From the NCBI GenBank assembly GCA_964252035.1, contig OZ176205.1: a stretch of DNA of 64,000 bases; one strand, given 5' to 3'. The notes beneath the pieces were generated by a model, which saw only the letters and a program-made list of their open reading frames with translations, was not told the origin of the DNA and made no database searches. The translations under genes and the position numbers were made by a program. Numbering within the stretch: the first letter of the stretch is position 1; each line of letters starts with the position of its first letter. The stretch comes from Podarcis erhardii (lineage: Eukaryota). This document shows, one piece after another, positions 38,310 through 51,406 of the stretch.

Positions 38310-39573
38310 TATCCCTTTATCTCCCCACTCCACTCCCTATCTCTGGCAAGTGCTTCCTTCTGCTTTCCCTCGTTTGGATTGTCTTTCTCCACTGCGGTGC
38401 TGAGTTCCATTCTGATCTTGCTTACTCTTGCTACATCTTGCTGTTGTCTTCTTTCTTCTCTTTTGATCATCGAGTGTGCAAGGTAAAGTGTTGTATAGAT
38501 GCTCTACCTGGCACATCTATGGTTGGAGGAAGCAAAGAGTAGGGTAGACAGAGGTGGCAACGTTGGCTCAGTTCTGTAAGGGAGGGGTGTTTTCTTTGGT
38601 TGTGGTTTTTTAAGTAATGGGTGGTTAGCTAAAGTGAAGTTGCTTTGGTGGCAGGGACAGTACCAAATTCAGCTGTGGCCGTGGCAAATTTAGTGGCAGA
38701 GGTGGAGGTAAATTTGACAGCAGTAGAAAACTGAGAGGCATCCAGCTGGCCACATGGGGCAGGGGAACAACTATATGTAGCCTGTGTTTTGTTCTTTGTG
38801 GTGTAAATGTATTATATATTTTTATTCAGGATGACGTGTCGCCTTCTGGATTGTTCACATATTTGATGGGGTCATTTTTAGAGAAGTCATGGGACTATCC
38901 CAGAGTTATCGTGACCTTTTGTCATGGATGAATGTATACTGGGAAGGAATATATTTTATATTGACACTTGGCAGAAACAAGCATTTCAGAAATAGGGATC
39001 CTTTAAATAGAAATATGTACTCCATGTTCCTTCACTTACACTCATCATTTTGTGTGAATAGTACAGGAGTTTGTTTTCAAAACCTGCCTACTTGATTATG
39101 GATGTAAAATCCAGATTTCTTTGGACTTACCCATTTCTGAGTAAGGTGAATACTCGGCTCTGAATAAAGATACTCTGCTTAATGAAAACAGATAGTGAAT
39201 TTCAGCAAATCTGCTCTTGAAAGTTCATGAAATTCCAAACTGCTAATCTTAGGGAGTGTTACTGGACTCTTGCTCCATGACCTCAAAGCCACTTTGCACA
39301 TATGTACACTGAAAATTATTTACATACATGTAACATTGGTGGAACACATATGTGTTTACCATAGCATGTATTATGTGCCAGGGAGTTGGAGATTTAGCCA
39401 CTGTTCCTTGTCACATGTATATTTGATAGCAAATGTCCTGGCTGCCACCCAACACATACAGACAGAAGTTATTACTTGCAGATAAGAAATAGATGTTTAT
39501 TCTAGCAAAGTAATGTTACTGACTTGGTAGTCATGATTCAGGAGTTCAGGAGCAGGGCAAGAAGTTCAGAACT

Positions 39574-39826
39574 AGAAGAAGAAGAAGAGTTTGGATTTGA
39601 TATCCCGCCTTTCACTCCCTTTAAGGGGTCTCAAAGCGGCTAACATTCTCCTTTCCCTTCCTCCCCCACAACAAACACTCTGTGAGGTGAGTGGGGCTGA
39701 GAGACTTCAAAGAAGTGTGACTGGCCCAAGGTTACCCAGCAGCTGCATGTGGAGGAGTGGAGACTCGAACCCGGTTCCCCAGATTACGAGACTACCGCTC
39801 TTAACCACTACACCACACTGGCTCTC
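39574..39826 (-). mobile_element. tRNA-derived SINE (Squam2-like)
   Basis: Reverse complement of the element at 19654-19932, with a (GAA)n tail on the + strand. Confidence 0.88.
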
Positions 39827-42114
39827 TAGGTCAAAGGTGATGAAGATGTCCCATCAAGGTTCTGCTTTCCTCCTGCCAAGCTTTTAAAGACAAGGCATGA
39901 CATGTTCCCTTGGGAGATTCTCTCACTTGTGGGAATGCCAAAATTGCAAGCTTGTGCTCTCTCAGGACAAGAGGTCTGATCTCACCAAAGGGGGTGCTTG
40001 GTTCTAGGCAACAAGATTGCACCTTCCTATTCTGGTTCTGCTTTAGTTGTTGCTGTCTCCGGTTCAGCCTCCCTCCTCAGCTGATCAAAATCCTCTCCAG
40101 CCTCCACTGCGGCTCAGCATTCCACAGGAATGTCAGAGGGGAGAGCCAGCATCTCTGCTCCCCTTTCCAAAGTGGCTGAAGTTGGGGTGGAAAGATGAGC
40201 TCCCCATCTTCTCCAACCTACGTTCCTACAAGTCAGCCCCTGCTTCCCATTTCTTCCTTATTTCTCGGAATCTGCCAACTCAAGCCTGATCCGGACAGTG
40301 CTGCAGGGCTCATGACAGCAAAGAATGTATGGTGTGGCCCTAAAACTAAGTGTAAAAGGAAAGTAAGTAAGAGTTTTGTCCAACTAAATAATTACATATG
40401 CTCTCCCCCCATATACTCCCAAGAGTTGGGGAACTCCCAGGCCTGATCTGGGGGTGCCTGGGGAGGGGAGAGGTAGAAGAAGTTTCATTTTATATGTGGA
40501 AGTCCTTCCACTTGTGCTCAGTGGTTTAGTCGGGCACAACACTAAGTAGCAACATTTAAAAAATGAAGAACATTAGCAAATTTTGGATATTCAGTGAACT
40601 TTTTAAAGCAGTTCCTTCGTTCAATTAGTTTTACTCTTTCTTCCCTATAGTTAATGGGGGGAAATATAATTGTTCATAAAGTTTACATGGGTTAGGTCTG
40701 GCAAAGGCGAACGACTTCATAGCCCAGTTGCAGGACTAAATGAAATGAGAAACCAACTTGATAGGCTGCAGTATGCCTCTTAGAAGCTGTTGCATGCTTT
40801 AAAGTTTCATATTTACATTTATGCTCCTCCCAGCAATATATTTTGTGTATTGTCAAAGAGGACTTCTGCCTGCTTAACACTAATATTCAGGGTTAGATAC
40901 TTAAGTGAAAATTGAGAGGAAAGGACTTCAGAACTGAATATTGAACATAAAAGACCTGCTTCTGAAGTTAATTATTTGCTCACCCAAGAACTAACATTTC
41001 ACATAAGGGTTAAATCCAGCATTTCCACAAGCAAAATTCTGCTCCTGGGATGCTTCTGCTGGCAAATTATTTTCATCATTTCCCCTTATAGTTGTGGGGA
41101 TACTCTGGAACAGTGTGGGAGGTGGTGAGGAGGCTGCAAAGGAAAAGTTGTCTATGAAAATGGCCTGCCCCCATTCCCCCCAGTGGGAGTCTTTGCTGGA
41201 TTGCAGTCCTATCTGTGAACCCTTCTGTTCATGGAAAGGCAACTCAGGATCCAGTCCTATGATGTTAGTTGGCTTTGTGTGTACCAGTTGCATAAATGTG
41301 TTCCAGATTAGGTTTGCCTCTACATAGACATCTTATAGTCTATGTTCATTGTGATGATGTCACTTCATTCCAAGAGATTAAAGCCCACTAATGTTACCCT
41401 CGGGATATTTATGTTGGAGAATGTGCCCTATGAGAAATTGATGTTTTATAGCTTTTGAAGGCAAAAAGAGAGCAAAAGAGAGCAAGTGCTTAGCTATTTG
41501 TTTCTTATGCCAGTAGAGGGCACTGCTGCTATATATTATTGCATTTGGAATCCGTGATGACAAGTTGAAACCTGTGAAAAATTGCATAGAGCAGTTGGGG
41601 AGTGGGCTTGCAGCCCTTGCTATAAAGTTGTTGGAGCCTTCCTATTCCCTTCTGTTAGCTTGAAAGTGGATTCCCATATGCATCTAGAAAGCTGTCTTGG
41701 ACATTGTGTGACCGAGCTTTCTAGTCTTCTAAGGGAGGCTCCCCTTTGAAGGGACATAGATAGCTTTTGTGAGGATGGGTAGACTTCTGGTAGCTGTAAG
41801 GGCTTGATGTGCTAGAGTAAGCCAAACCCTCAAGCCTCTGTACTTGCTACATTTGCTTGTTAGAATTGTATCTTGCTTGTGCCCACTTCTCTTTCTCCTT
41901 GCCTCTATATGTGCCACTAATATGCCTCCTGTGCACATCAGTGGAGGCATAGTAAGCAAGTGGAATCGTGGAGTTCCCACCCCAATGCATTAGTGCAATT
42001 TCAAATAATGCTCAAATTAAGAGTGAAACCCCTGGTTGCAAGGCTCTGTGTTTGAGAGTGAATCACCAGATGCTCTAACATGTACTGTCAGGCATCTTTT
42101 TGTTTTGAGAAATG

Positions 42115-42205
42115 AACAATCCTCTACATGTTTATTCAGAAGAAATATCATAGGTTTTAAAGGGGCTTACTTCTAGGTAAACAGGTACAGGATTGTAGCC
42201 TTAGT
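42115..42205. repeat. ~90-bp palindromic dispersed element
   Basis: Inverted arms acaatcct.tacatgtttattcagaag ... cttctaggtaaacaggtacaggattgt. Related decayed copies occur elsewhere in the window. Confidence 0.55.
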
Positions 42206-45200
42206 CAATAATGTTTGTTTCATAATTTGAAAATAGTGTAAGGGATAATGAATATGCTTATAGATTTAGATTCCCGCAAACTGTCAACATATTCAAAAGA
42301 ATCATTTGGAAACATTAATTCAGTATTCCATTTGATCTTAATGGTCAGTTTTTATATTCCCACACCTAGCAGAATTATCTGTTGTTTCTCTCCTTCTTTC
42401 TCTACTTTTTTTTAAAAATAAAATATACATTTAGAACTACATTCTTCTCAACATTACTGTCAGTGAAGAGCAGTATATCTTTGTCACACATGCCCCCAAA
42501 GGGATGCTTTCCATAAGAGATTCCCTTTCAGCCTTGAGCTGACTTGGAAATCTTTTAACTACAGAAACTTTTCAATGAAAATTGAATTGAAGAGGGAAGG
42601 CAGCTGCCTCATAATACCAAGATTAATAAAATAACTGCTGCCATTTATGAGGTGCTCTGGTACTGGAAATAGCCCAGTAAACCGACATAACTGTAAGCTT
42701 GCCAATCCCATGAGAGCATGATACCTGCCTCTGTGCCTGACATTAACAGGTGGGTGGAAATATTCCAAGAAGTGGTTGGGAGGAAATGACAGATACCTTC
42801 TCAGGTCTGCCTTTTTCCAGGGTTTTGAACAAGAATTCATGGCTAAACTGTGTGGGCAGCTCCTATTTCTGAAGGGTTATTCATGAGAGGTTTAGTGACA
42901 GGTTTGACTAGAGAAATGGAAGTGTTATTTATACTGAATCACAAGAGATGCTCTGTGAAGGTGTATGGTCAAATAAACAATACAGAACTCTCAATTCTTG
43001 CAGGGCTTTCATGGTTTTATTGAGCTTCTTCTGTGACCTCAAACATCTCTTAGTTCATTTGTGATGAATATGTGTGTGTGTTTGTACACGCACTTATTTA
43101 TTTATAAGATTTCTTACCTACCCTTCACCATAAAGTCCTAAGGTGGGTGACAGCACTCAAATATACAATTATAGAACCAAAGAAAACCACCACAATTATA
43201 AAATACATAAAACTATTCAAATATGGAATGGAAGAGTATAAATTATGCAAAAGAGGTAGGCACCACAAAACAAAATAACTTAACTGTCAAATGCAAGAGT
43301 AATGAAATGCAGCTTCAGCTTTCAACATTCTGTGTGTTGAAGATGCTAGATGCACATACATGTGTGACCTTTCAGTAAGTGGGTGGGACCAACAAACCTG
43401 TCAAATGTATTTCCTGTGAAGATCTCATGCTCAGTTTTCCTATAAGCCTCATGCTATTGCAAATCTCTGCTGGAACAGAACACCCTATTAATATACTGTT
43501 GATTGAATAGATAGTGGTTGCTACCAAGTGAAGCTGACACTTCCCCCTGCTTATTGGGGCTTATACAGGAACTCTGCAACATGAACAGCTGATGTAGAAG
43601 AGACTTGGTGACTTACCGCAGGGCTTCCAGATATTTGTTGCTAATCCTCATGGTACTCTGATCAGATAAAACATTTCTCTGCATTTACACTTCTGGATGA
43701 CATAGGATGTTATTCTTCTCATTAGATCATGTCTTTCCCAAGTGCTAATTTGAAAGGCCACATTGTGGTTTGGTTTTCATACTCAGTACGATGCAAGGAA
43801 TGTGGTTCTTTTTGAAAATGTTCCAGCTCTATTTGTCTAGGGCTGGAGTAGTTTGCTTCCTTGTCATCTGCTCTTGTTTAATAGTCTCACAGCCATGCTG
43901 CTTACAGAGCTGACTGGTAACTCGCAGAGCCTGGTCTCTGGCTTTTTTAAAATGTCCAAACTTTTCCCATGAAGCAGATCCTTTTCTGCTCTGAGATCAT
44001 GCTCCCATTTGTGGGAATTTTCTTTCATTTGAGTTTCTTGGCCTCTTGTCAGAGCTGTAGTGGGCTTGCTTAGTTTTTCAGCTCGCAGGCTTTCAAACCA
44101 AGTATCTCTGTCAAATGACCCTTAAGCCAAGGAGGACAGCTCTGACCCTGAACTTTAGCCCTGAACTGTGGCTTTTTTATTCCTAAAATGCAAGTGTCTT
44201 GATTTGTGGATCTGTTTTTACTTTATTATTTATTACATTATAGGTCACAGGAGTTTATGGAAGCACAAGTCTAATCTGTTTGTAATTTTTAGTTTAGAAA
44301 TATTGCATGCTGCTTTTGGTCTCTGTATGTCATGCCTTTTTCTCTCTGCAAAGTATGTTCACTCCCAGCTTGGGGCAATGATCATGTAAGGCAGCGGAGG
44401 GCCAGGAACATCTTACAACTTGCAGTTCAAAGTCACAGCTGTTGTGAGTCAGCCAGCCAAGGCCTGCATCCATGAGGGCAATAGTAGAAAACCAGAGGCA
44501 TTGACTGGATCTGTTCAGTGTCAGCTTTCATTGAATAAATGTCTTGTTGAAGCCCTTGTAATGAAGAGAGAAGTGGGGCACTGCCACTTCATACAGAAAG
44601 GGTGTCTGGGAGAGCTCTTAGTCACCAGATAGTTTAGTTTATCTCTCCTGTTTCACTCTTCTTTCTTGTGCTTCAGTCTTGCTTGCTGCTTGTTCATATT
44701 GTCAGCGGAATTGAGACAGGCAAGCTTTATCTGTGTAAAGCTGTCAAGAATGAAATCGCTGACAATTTTCTAGGCAGCTGAGCCAGAAGATTTTAAGTTT
44801 TGGGAGATTTTGGCTGCAAAAATCCTTTCTGAGAAACTGAGAAGCATTGTTGCCTTTATGGGAAGAACGTTCATTTGAGAGATGCCTGGCATTGTCAAAG
44901 TTTAAGGAAAATCTTCCTTGATTCATAGGGGACTATTAAATTTGGGATAAACATTACTATTTTAAGAGGTTGATGTTTGATCTGCTCTTGTACTTGACAA
45001 AGGGATCTAATGATTTCATATCTCCTTTTTGGGCATATCTATAAGAAATCTGTAGTACACATATGCAACATGCACATTTGCATGTTTATTTAATTTGCTT
45101 TCACTCCTTGTGCTTTCCTTCCTCACCTTTTACAGTTCACAGAATCACATATTTTATTTCTATATAACTTGCAACTACTGCTTACATTTCAAAAACTAGT

Positions 45201-45759
45201 TATAAACCATTTGTGATTCTGCATAAACCTGATTTGGAATAATTGCCATGGGTATCCAAAGAATTAAAAAAATATTACATTGAACAATAAAAAGCAGTTG
45301 CAAGATGGTTCTTTACTTCATTCACAAGGATCCTAGGAAGCCCAGGCCTTACCAACTGAATTGGCTGAGCATCTTTTGGGTTCTGGAACACACACCAATA
45401 AGCAGTTAAAATTCTTGTTCTTTATCAGCCAATTTGAGATACAATACCTCAGTGAATCCTCTCTGTTTACCTGTATATTATTTCAGGCAAAGATGGAATG
45501 AATGAATAGGGAACTTTTAAAAAAAGAATGAGTTCTCACATATGTATGTTTGTGTATGCAGATGTAGGCATGACCCATGTATCTCACTATGTGGGAAGAG
45601 CATCATGTGGTAACTATAAGAGATGTATTTTGCTAGATGACAGCTCTTGGATTTTGCGAAATGAGTTTTTTTAAACTCTGAATTTTAAAACTCTGTTTGT
45701 GGATTAAAAAACTTTTTTTAAAAAATGGGACAATATGAGTTTTCATGCTTTCTTTAGAG

Positions 45760-46076
45760 CAAGGGTAGACAAACTAAGGCCCAGGGGCCGGATCCGGCCC
45801 AATCGCCTTCTAAATCCGGCCCGCAGAAGGTCCAGGAATCAGCATATTTTTACATGAGTAGAATGTGTCCTTTTATTTAAAATGCATCTCTGGGTCATTT
45901 GTGGGGCCTGTCTGGTGTTTTTACATGAGTAGAAGGTATGCTTTTATTTAAAATGCATCTCTAGGTTATTTGTGAGGCATAGGAATTTGTTCATCCCCCC
46001 CCCATATAGTCTGGCCCCCCACAAGGTCTGAGGGACAGTAGACTGGCTCCCTGCTGAAAAAGTTTGCTGACCCCTG
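45760..46076. mobile_element. hAT (Charlie-like) MITE with 8-bp TSD
   Basis: TIRs CAAGGGTAGACAAACT / AGTTTGCTGACCCCTG. TSD CTTTAGAG at 45752-45759 and 46077-46084. Internal tandem duplication of about 70 bp. Confidence 0.92.
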
Positions 46077-46734
46077 CTTTAGAGCCTTCAGGGTCTACTT
46101 GGATGGCTGCCATCTTTTGTTGGCGAAGCAGTTTTGTGAGTTTGCAAAAACCTGGTGTTGTGTTTTTTTTGCAGGGGTTACCCTTCAAAGGAAGCTTTCT
46201 GTTTCCAAGTAAGGAACATGCTAGAAAAGCTTTCACCAATATCATAGTGTCTATGTGCGTGTGAGTGTACACAGTAAATTCAGGTTGAAGCAACTCTGCA
46301 TCTTTATAAACTTAATGACTCCCATCTTTCAATGCATTTTTAACATAAGAATTGCTTTAGGTACATATGCTTCTCAGTTGGGCCTCACAGGCGCACCTCC
46401 AACTTTTGTGGTCCATGGGGGTAATTTAGTGAAACACACACAGAGTAAGACTTTGTAAAGCAATCTCATTTTAAGGAGGTAGTTTATTAAAGTAGAAAAT
46501 CCAGAATTTATTGGAAATGCTTTTTACAATCAGATGTTTCCGGCTGCTGGATCCTGTTGCTGCTTTCCTTCAGTAAAGGGAATAAAAATGCACCATGGGC
46601 CCCTTTCTTCTGTCAGTTTGGACAGGCAACCTGACGGAGGCTCAATCCATAAGTTAACTTGCTAGTAGCTTCCAGTCCCCCTGTTTCAATTCTGCCATGT
46701 CCCTCTTTTCAAAAACATAATACATGGTATACTT

Positions 46735-46736
<2 letters not shown>

Positions 46737-46811
<75 letters not shown>
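46737..46811. repeat. compound (GT)n(GA)n microsatellite
   Basis: Direct reading of the sequence. Confidence 0.98.
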
Positions 46812-46816
<5 letters not shown>

Positions 46817-47887
46817 ACACAGAGCACTGGATTGTGTCAGCAGGCCATATCCTCATAAACAGAACAGATCCTGTGTGTGTACAGTTTGTATGTATGTAGA
46901 ATCTGGCAGGGATTGCTCTCCAATACCTGTACTAGCATGGTTTGCTCCCTGATTATGTTGCCTCAAAAGGGCTGTTGTTTCTGCACCTTTGCAGAGTTGT
47001 CACTGCAGTTTGTAAGTCATCTCACATTCCTGAGCGCTGCAAAAGTATGGCTGATGGAATACTTGGAAAGGTTTTATTTGTATCTGCACATCGTGTGGCT
47101 GCTTGTGCTTTTGTAAGTTTTATGTAACGTGGAATAGAGCAATTGGAATTGAATGAACTTTGGACCATACCTGAGCAAATGATTAAAGTATCTACATCCA
47201 TGTTAGATGTTAAGACTCTCTTAACAGGTTGCCTTTTTCTTTCTCTTGAAAGCAGAGTACTATCAACAGTAGAATAAATAAAGGAACAGTTCCACCTGAT
47301 GACAATGTGAATAAATAATTTTGTAGCGTGTGTTTCAGTGCAGTTGGCAGCGTTCAGTTCATTTTGAACAAAGGTCCATAAACGTGGTAATAACTCTGGA
47401 GGAGGTGTGGGTGACTGCCAAAAAGCCCTGAGTGGCTGATGCAGGGCATTCATAGTCCAGACAAATAAGAAGCACCAAAGCAAGACAGGATGCTCAGTAG
47501 TTGATGGAATTCCACATTATTATTATTTTCAGATACGAATCTGAACAAGGGTCCTGAAACTGATGGGTACAGTCCACTGACTGGCTGGGTGCTTTTGTGT
47601 GGGTGTGTATTGAGCAACCCCAAACTGGCTCTAAGCCTGGGAACAAGAATAATATGCCTTCCTTGTGAACTGTTAGTAGCTAGAGCAGTTCCTCATAGCT
47701 CCTACTATTGGAGTGGGGGAAGAAAAGGGGTAATGCATATATGGTGTGGTGTCCCCATGCAATTTTAATAGGAAGTGGTTATATTAGGCTGCAGGGACCA
47801 GTGAAGTGGACAAAGCTACCACTTGATAGATTACTGCATACATTTTCTTGACTATGCTGTAATAACTATATTTACTACCAGCTAGCT

Positions 47888-47892
<5 letters not shown>

Positions 47893-47925
<33 letters not shown>
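47893..47925. repeat. (TG)n microsatellite
   Basis: Direct reading of the sequence. Confidence 0.98.
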
Positions 47926-47927
<2 letters not shown>

Positions 47928-50281
47928 ATCCTTTTAATAGTGGGGTGTCAGTGAATGGATAAAATATTGTGGTCCTATCGCTGCAAAAGAAACAAAACAT
48001 ACATGGAAAATTGTTACATGTGATTTTGACAAATGTATTCTGAGGGACTCAAATTTCAGACTGGAAAAGCAGACTTAATAAAGACTTTTAACAGCAATCT
48101 CAATATTCAGTTTTCTCAGTGTGTTCAGGAATTAACTGTTGCTAGTTGGATGTTTGCTTTTCATTATTTTCCATATCAACTGCTAGCAGATTATTTGGAA
48201 AGGACCATATTTGAGTAGACCTTTGTTTCAGGTTGTTACTGAATCAATGATGTATGCAGAATTGGTTCTGTGTGAAGGAGGAGTTTCTCTGATCAACACA
48301 TTTGCACAATAATACATAAGTAACTTCTAGATGTTAACAGCTAGAATTCTTCCTAATGTTCTCACTTGTGAATTAAAGCTTTATTTTGTGCTTCTAATAA
48401 TGCCGTGTTTGGTGTAACACAGTTAAAAAGCTGTGTGTATGCATATGCATTTCCTGTATATGCTTCAATCTTAGTATTTCTGTGAACTAAATCCAATTTG
48501 GAATGGAGAAGGGAATCTGGCAGTAGACTTAGCATTGACTGCGTGAAATAGCAGGGCACTGTTCCAGGAAGCAACACATCATGTGTTGATCATGCTTTTT
48601 AAAGAATTTATTCACAGATAATGATGTGTGTATAGGAGTTCTAGGAATAGCCACAATCTAGTTAATGTTGTTGTGTCAAGTGGGCTTTACGTCTAGAGCA
48701 GATATGCATGATAGATGTTGACACTACAAAAAGTATTACTTCATTGAGTTTGTGAATTACAACATGAGGTTGGAGAAACTACCTTGATCAGTAGGAGCTA
48801 CTAGCTGGAATTTTGTTCTTTGATCTTGTGATCTTATTTTTGAGATGGAATCAAAATATCGAACACCTTACCTAACACTGACCTGATTTGCATGTAACAC
48901 TGAATAAATTTTGGTTTAATGTGTATGAGCAAATGTTTGGATTCCCAGACCGAAGATTATGCTCCTCCTTTGGTCCTCCTGCTGCTACACTATCTGGGGC
49001 TAAGCCATGGTTTGGTTCTGCATTAGGTGAATGTACCAGTTTTGATAATACATTTCTTCATTGTTGTCCAGTGTGTACACTTCTTTAAAGGAGCCACCAG
49101 ATTAGTGTTGGTCCATCACTATGTTTGGCTTGGGATTACCTGCGGTATATAATACAAGAACTGCATCAATCTTTTATTAAACTTCAAGTATCTCTGCAGG
49201 GCCTGTGGTTTATTTTGTGATTCTCAGAACTCTTTCCAATACAGCATACAATCTGTACATACAAGTCTAAACCTTCAGAATAAAAATGGTTTATTGCTAA
49301 ACATGATTCTGCTGAAATCATTATTCCTTTGGACATAGAATATGTCCAAATGGCTTGAGGGATATTGCAAGGAAAAAGAAAGTGGGAAATGAGTCTTATG
49401 AAACATAGAATATATTGGGATCTAAGTCAAACTTGGGAAAATTCACATAATAAAAGTGTCCATCCCTTCCCTCCCGGCTTCCATCCACTGTTGTTGTGGG
49501 TTCCTTCTGGTTTTAGGTTTCACCATGTTGCTTGCCCTTTTTTGGAAATAGGGAATTATGAATGATCTTGAATCTTATCAGTTGAATTCTGTATCTGTCA
49601 ACTGGCTTCCACAATCTTTCTCTCCATGATCTCTCTATTACATTGCGAAGTTAAACCATGGACAGTGTTGAAACAAAATGTCCTTAGACTCAAGAGGCCA
49701 TATAATTCCAGTAGTGATTTTAACAGCTATGCTTGTGGTGGCATTTGCTCTTAATGCACATGTTATCTCTAACATAGTCCTTGCTTCTCTTTCATATGTA
49801 TCAGATACCTTCTTCTACCCACATGATGGAATGTAGCACATGAGTATTCTATGACACAGTAATTTGCTAACCTGTTTGACTAGTGCACTTCATTCTCTCT
49901 GTCACAGCATAGGAATAACTCAGAGAAGAAACTGCAAGACATTTGAATAATAATTATGAGGCATTAGTAGCTTCTCAAAGGCAGCATGAAACTTGCTCCC
50001 TACTGAATTTCTGCTGTGGGACAAAAATTAGGTTCTTTTAGGACTGCCTACCCCCTTCCTGGAAGGAATATAATTCTGGGCCAGAAGTATTTTTAATGTT
50101 TCACTCAAGTGTGATTGATCAGCTGCACATGTAGCACAAAAAATGCCGTGGTTAGAGTTTCTTTGCTGAATGTGTAGCCAGTACACTGATTTTATTGAGG
50201 AAGAGGAAATAGGAGCCTCTTGTAAACAAGTAATGGATTTATATGACAAGGGAAAAATGAACTTGTACTCTTGTGTTACAG

Positions 50282-50329
50282 ATTCAGTGGTTCTTTCCTC
50301 TGACTCCGTTGGACGTTCAATAGGCTCAG
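50282..50329 (+). CDS. ST3GAL3: ST3GAL3 48-nt stem-region exon
   Basis: Boundaries are tgtgttacag|ATTCAGTGG...GGCTCAG|gtacaa. Spliced to the previous exon it reads (N)SVVLSSDSVGRSIGS, matching mammalian NSVVLSFDSAGQTLGS. It is a symmetric phase 1-1 exon. Confidence 0.93.
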
Positions 50330-50667
50330 GTACAACAATCCCTCCCCCTCCCTCCCCCCCTCATAAAAAGATTGCCATTTAATTTATATGTGACAGCCAT
50401 GTTGGGAGGCAGAGAAGAGGCTGTCAAGCCTAGTTCAGGATTACCCTTCAAAGTAGCCCTTGAAAGAAATCTAGCAGATGAACTCTCTGTCTTCAAAAGG
50501 GAATTACTTAAAATTACTTTGTGTGCCATGGCAACTCAAAGCCACTTAGAGTGGACTTCTTGTTTCCTTGTGTTGCATTTTTAGTGCTTCAGTTGTGAAT
50601 TTGACTAAACATTTGTTCTAAGTGGCGGACACATTAGATGCAGGGTGATACTATAGGACTTTATTGC

Positions 50668-50804
50668 AGCGATAGGGAGCCTGCTGCCTCTGGATATTAC
50701 TGGACTTCAGCTTCCATTAGCCCTATCTAGCATGATCAATGGTCAGAGATGATGGAAGTTTAGTTCAACAAAATCTAGAGTGCCACAGTTTCCCCATTCC
50801 TGCT
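50668..50804. mobile_element. common squamate short non-autonomous DNA element (degenerate)
   Basis: Contains ggacttcagcttccattagccct and gatgatggaagtttagttcaacaaaatctagagtgccacagtttccccattcctg. It is related to the host element at about 55180-55690. Confidence 0.5.
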
Positions 50805-51406
50805 TTATTGTGTTCCTTGCCACCTCTCCACATTCCTCAAATCAGCTGACCTGTTGATTGCACAACAGATCCACATTGCACAAATGGTATTCCTCCATTC
50901 CCAGATGATATCCTACATTGTCATGCCATTTGGTGGAAAGGCTGGATATAAATTTAACTAAGGATAATGATAATATTTTTTTCTAGGCAGAGGGTTTAGT
51001 TGCATCTAATGTATAAATACACATGCACACCTTACCACCACCCCAACCATACAGTGCATTGTACACTAATTGGAGAAAAATACTCTTCCAAAAGAGAGTT
51101 CAGTTAAATAGATCACTTCTCCATTTTTGGGAAGAAATCCTGTTGAGGAATCTGTTCAGGAGGGAAGATGATGGTATGCAAAGTTTTAAATGCAATGTTT
51201 GTTGAGACATACGGAGTTTATGAGCCAGGGAGAAACTTCATTTTGCTTCTCGATTGTGACTGAAATTTATAATCTTACAAATTGGAGCCTAAAAACAAAT
51301 TCTGTCCCTTGGGCCACTTCAGGTCACCTATGAACCAGCACTGCATAGATTGTACCTTCGGAGTGCTATTACTAGGATGGATCAGTGTTCTGGCTCATAG
51401 CTTTCT

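Noticed and set aside
38168-38542. ORFs spanning the MITE at 38085-38309
   Set aside because: They arise from a purine/pyrimidine-biased tract fused to MITE sequence, with no poly(A) or TSD to support a retrocopy.
41350-41450. Possible intronic C/D-box snoRNA (GTGATGA)
   Set aside because: There is no terminal CTGA D box or closing stem at a suitable distance.
47022-47483. 153-aa - strand ORF
   Set aside because: No recognisable homology, and the composition is typical of random AT-rich intron.
47533-47566. Possible extra ST3GAL3 exon (ttttcag|ATACG...GATGG|gtacag)
   Set aside because: It is 34 nt, would shift the frame between two phase-1 junctions, and has no homology support.
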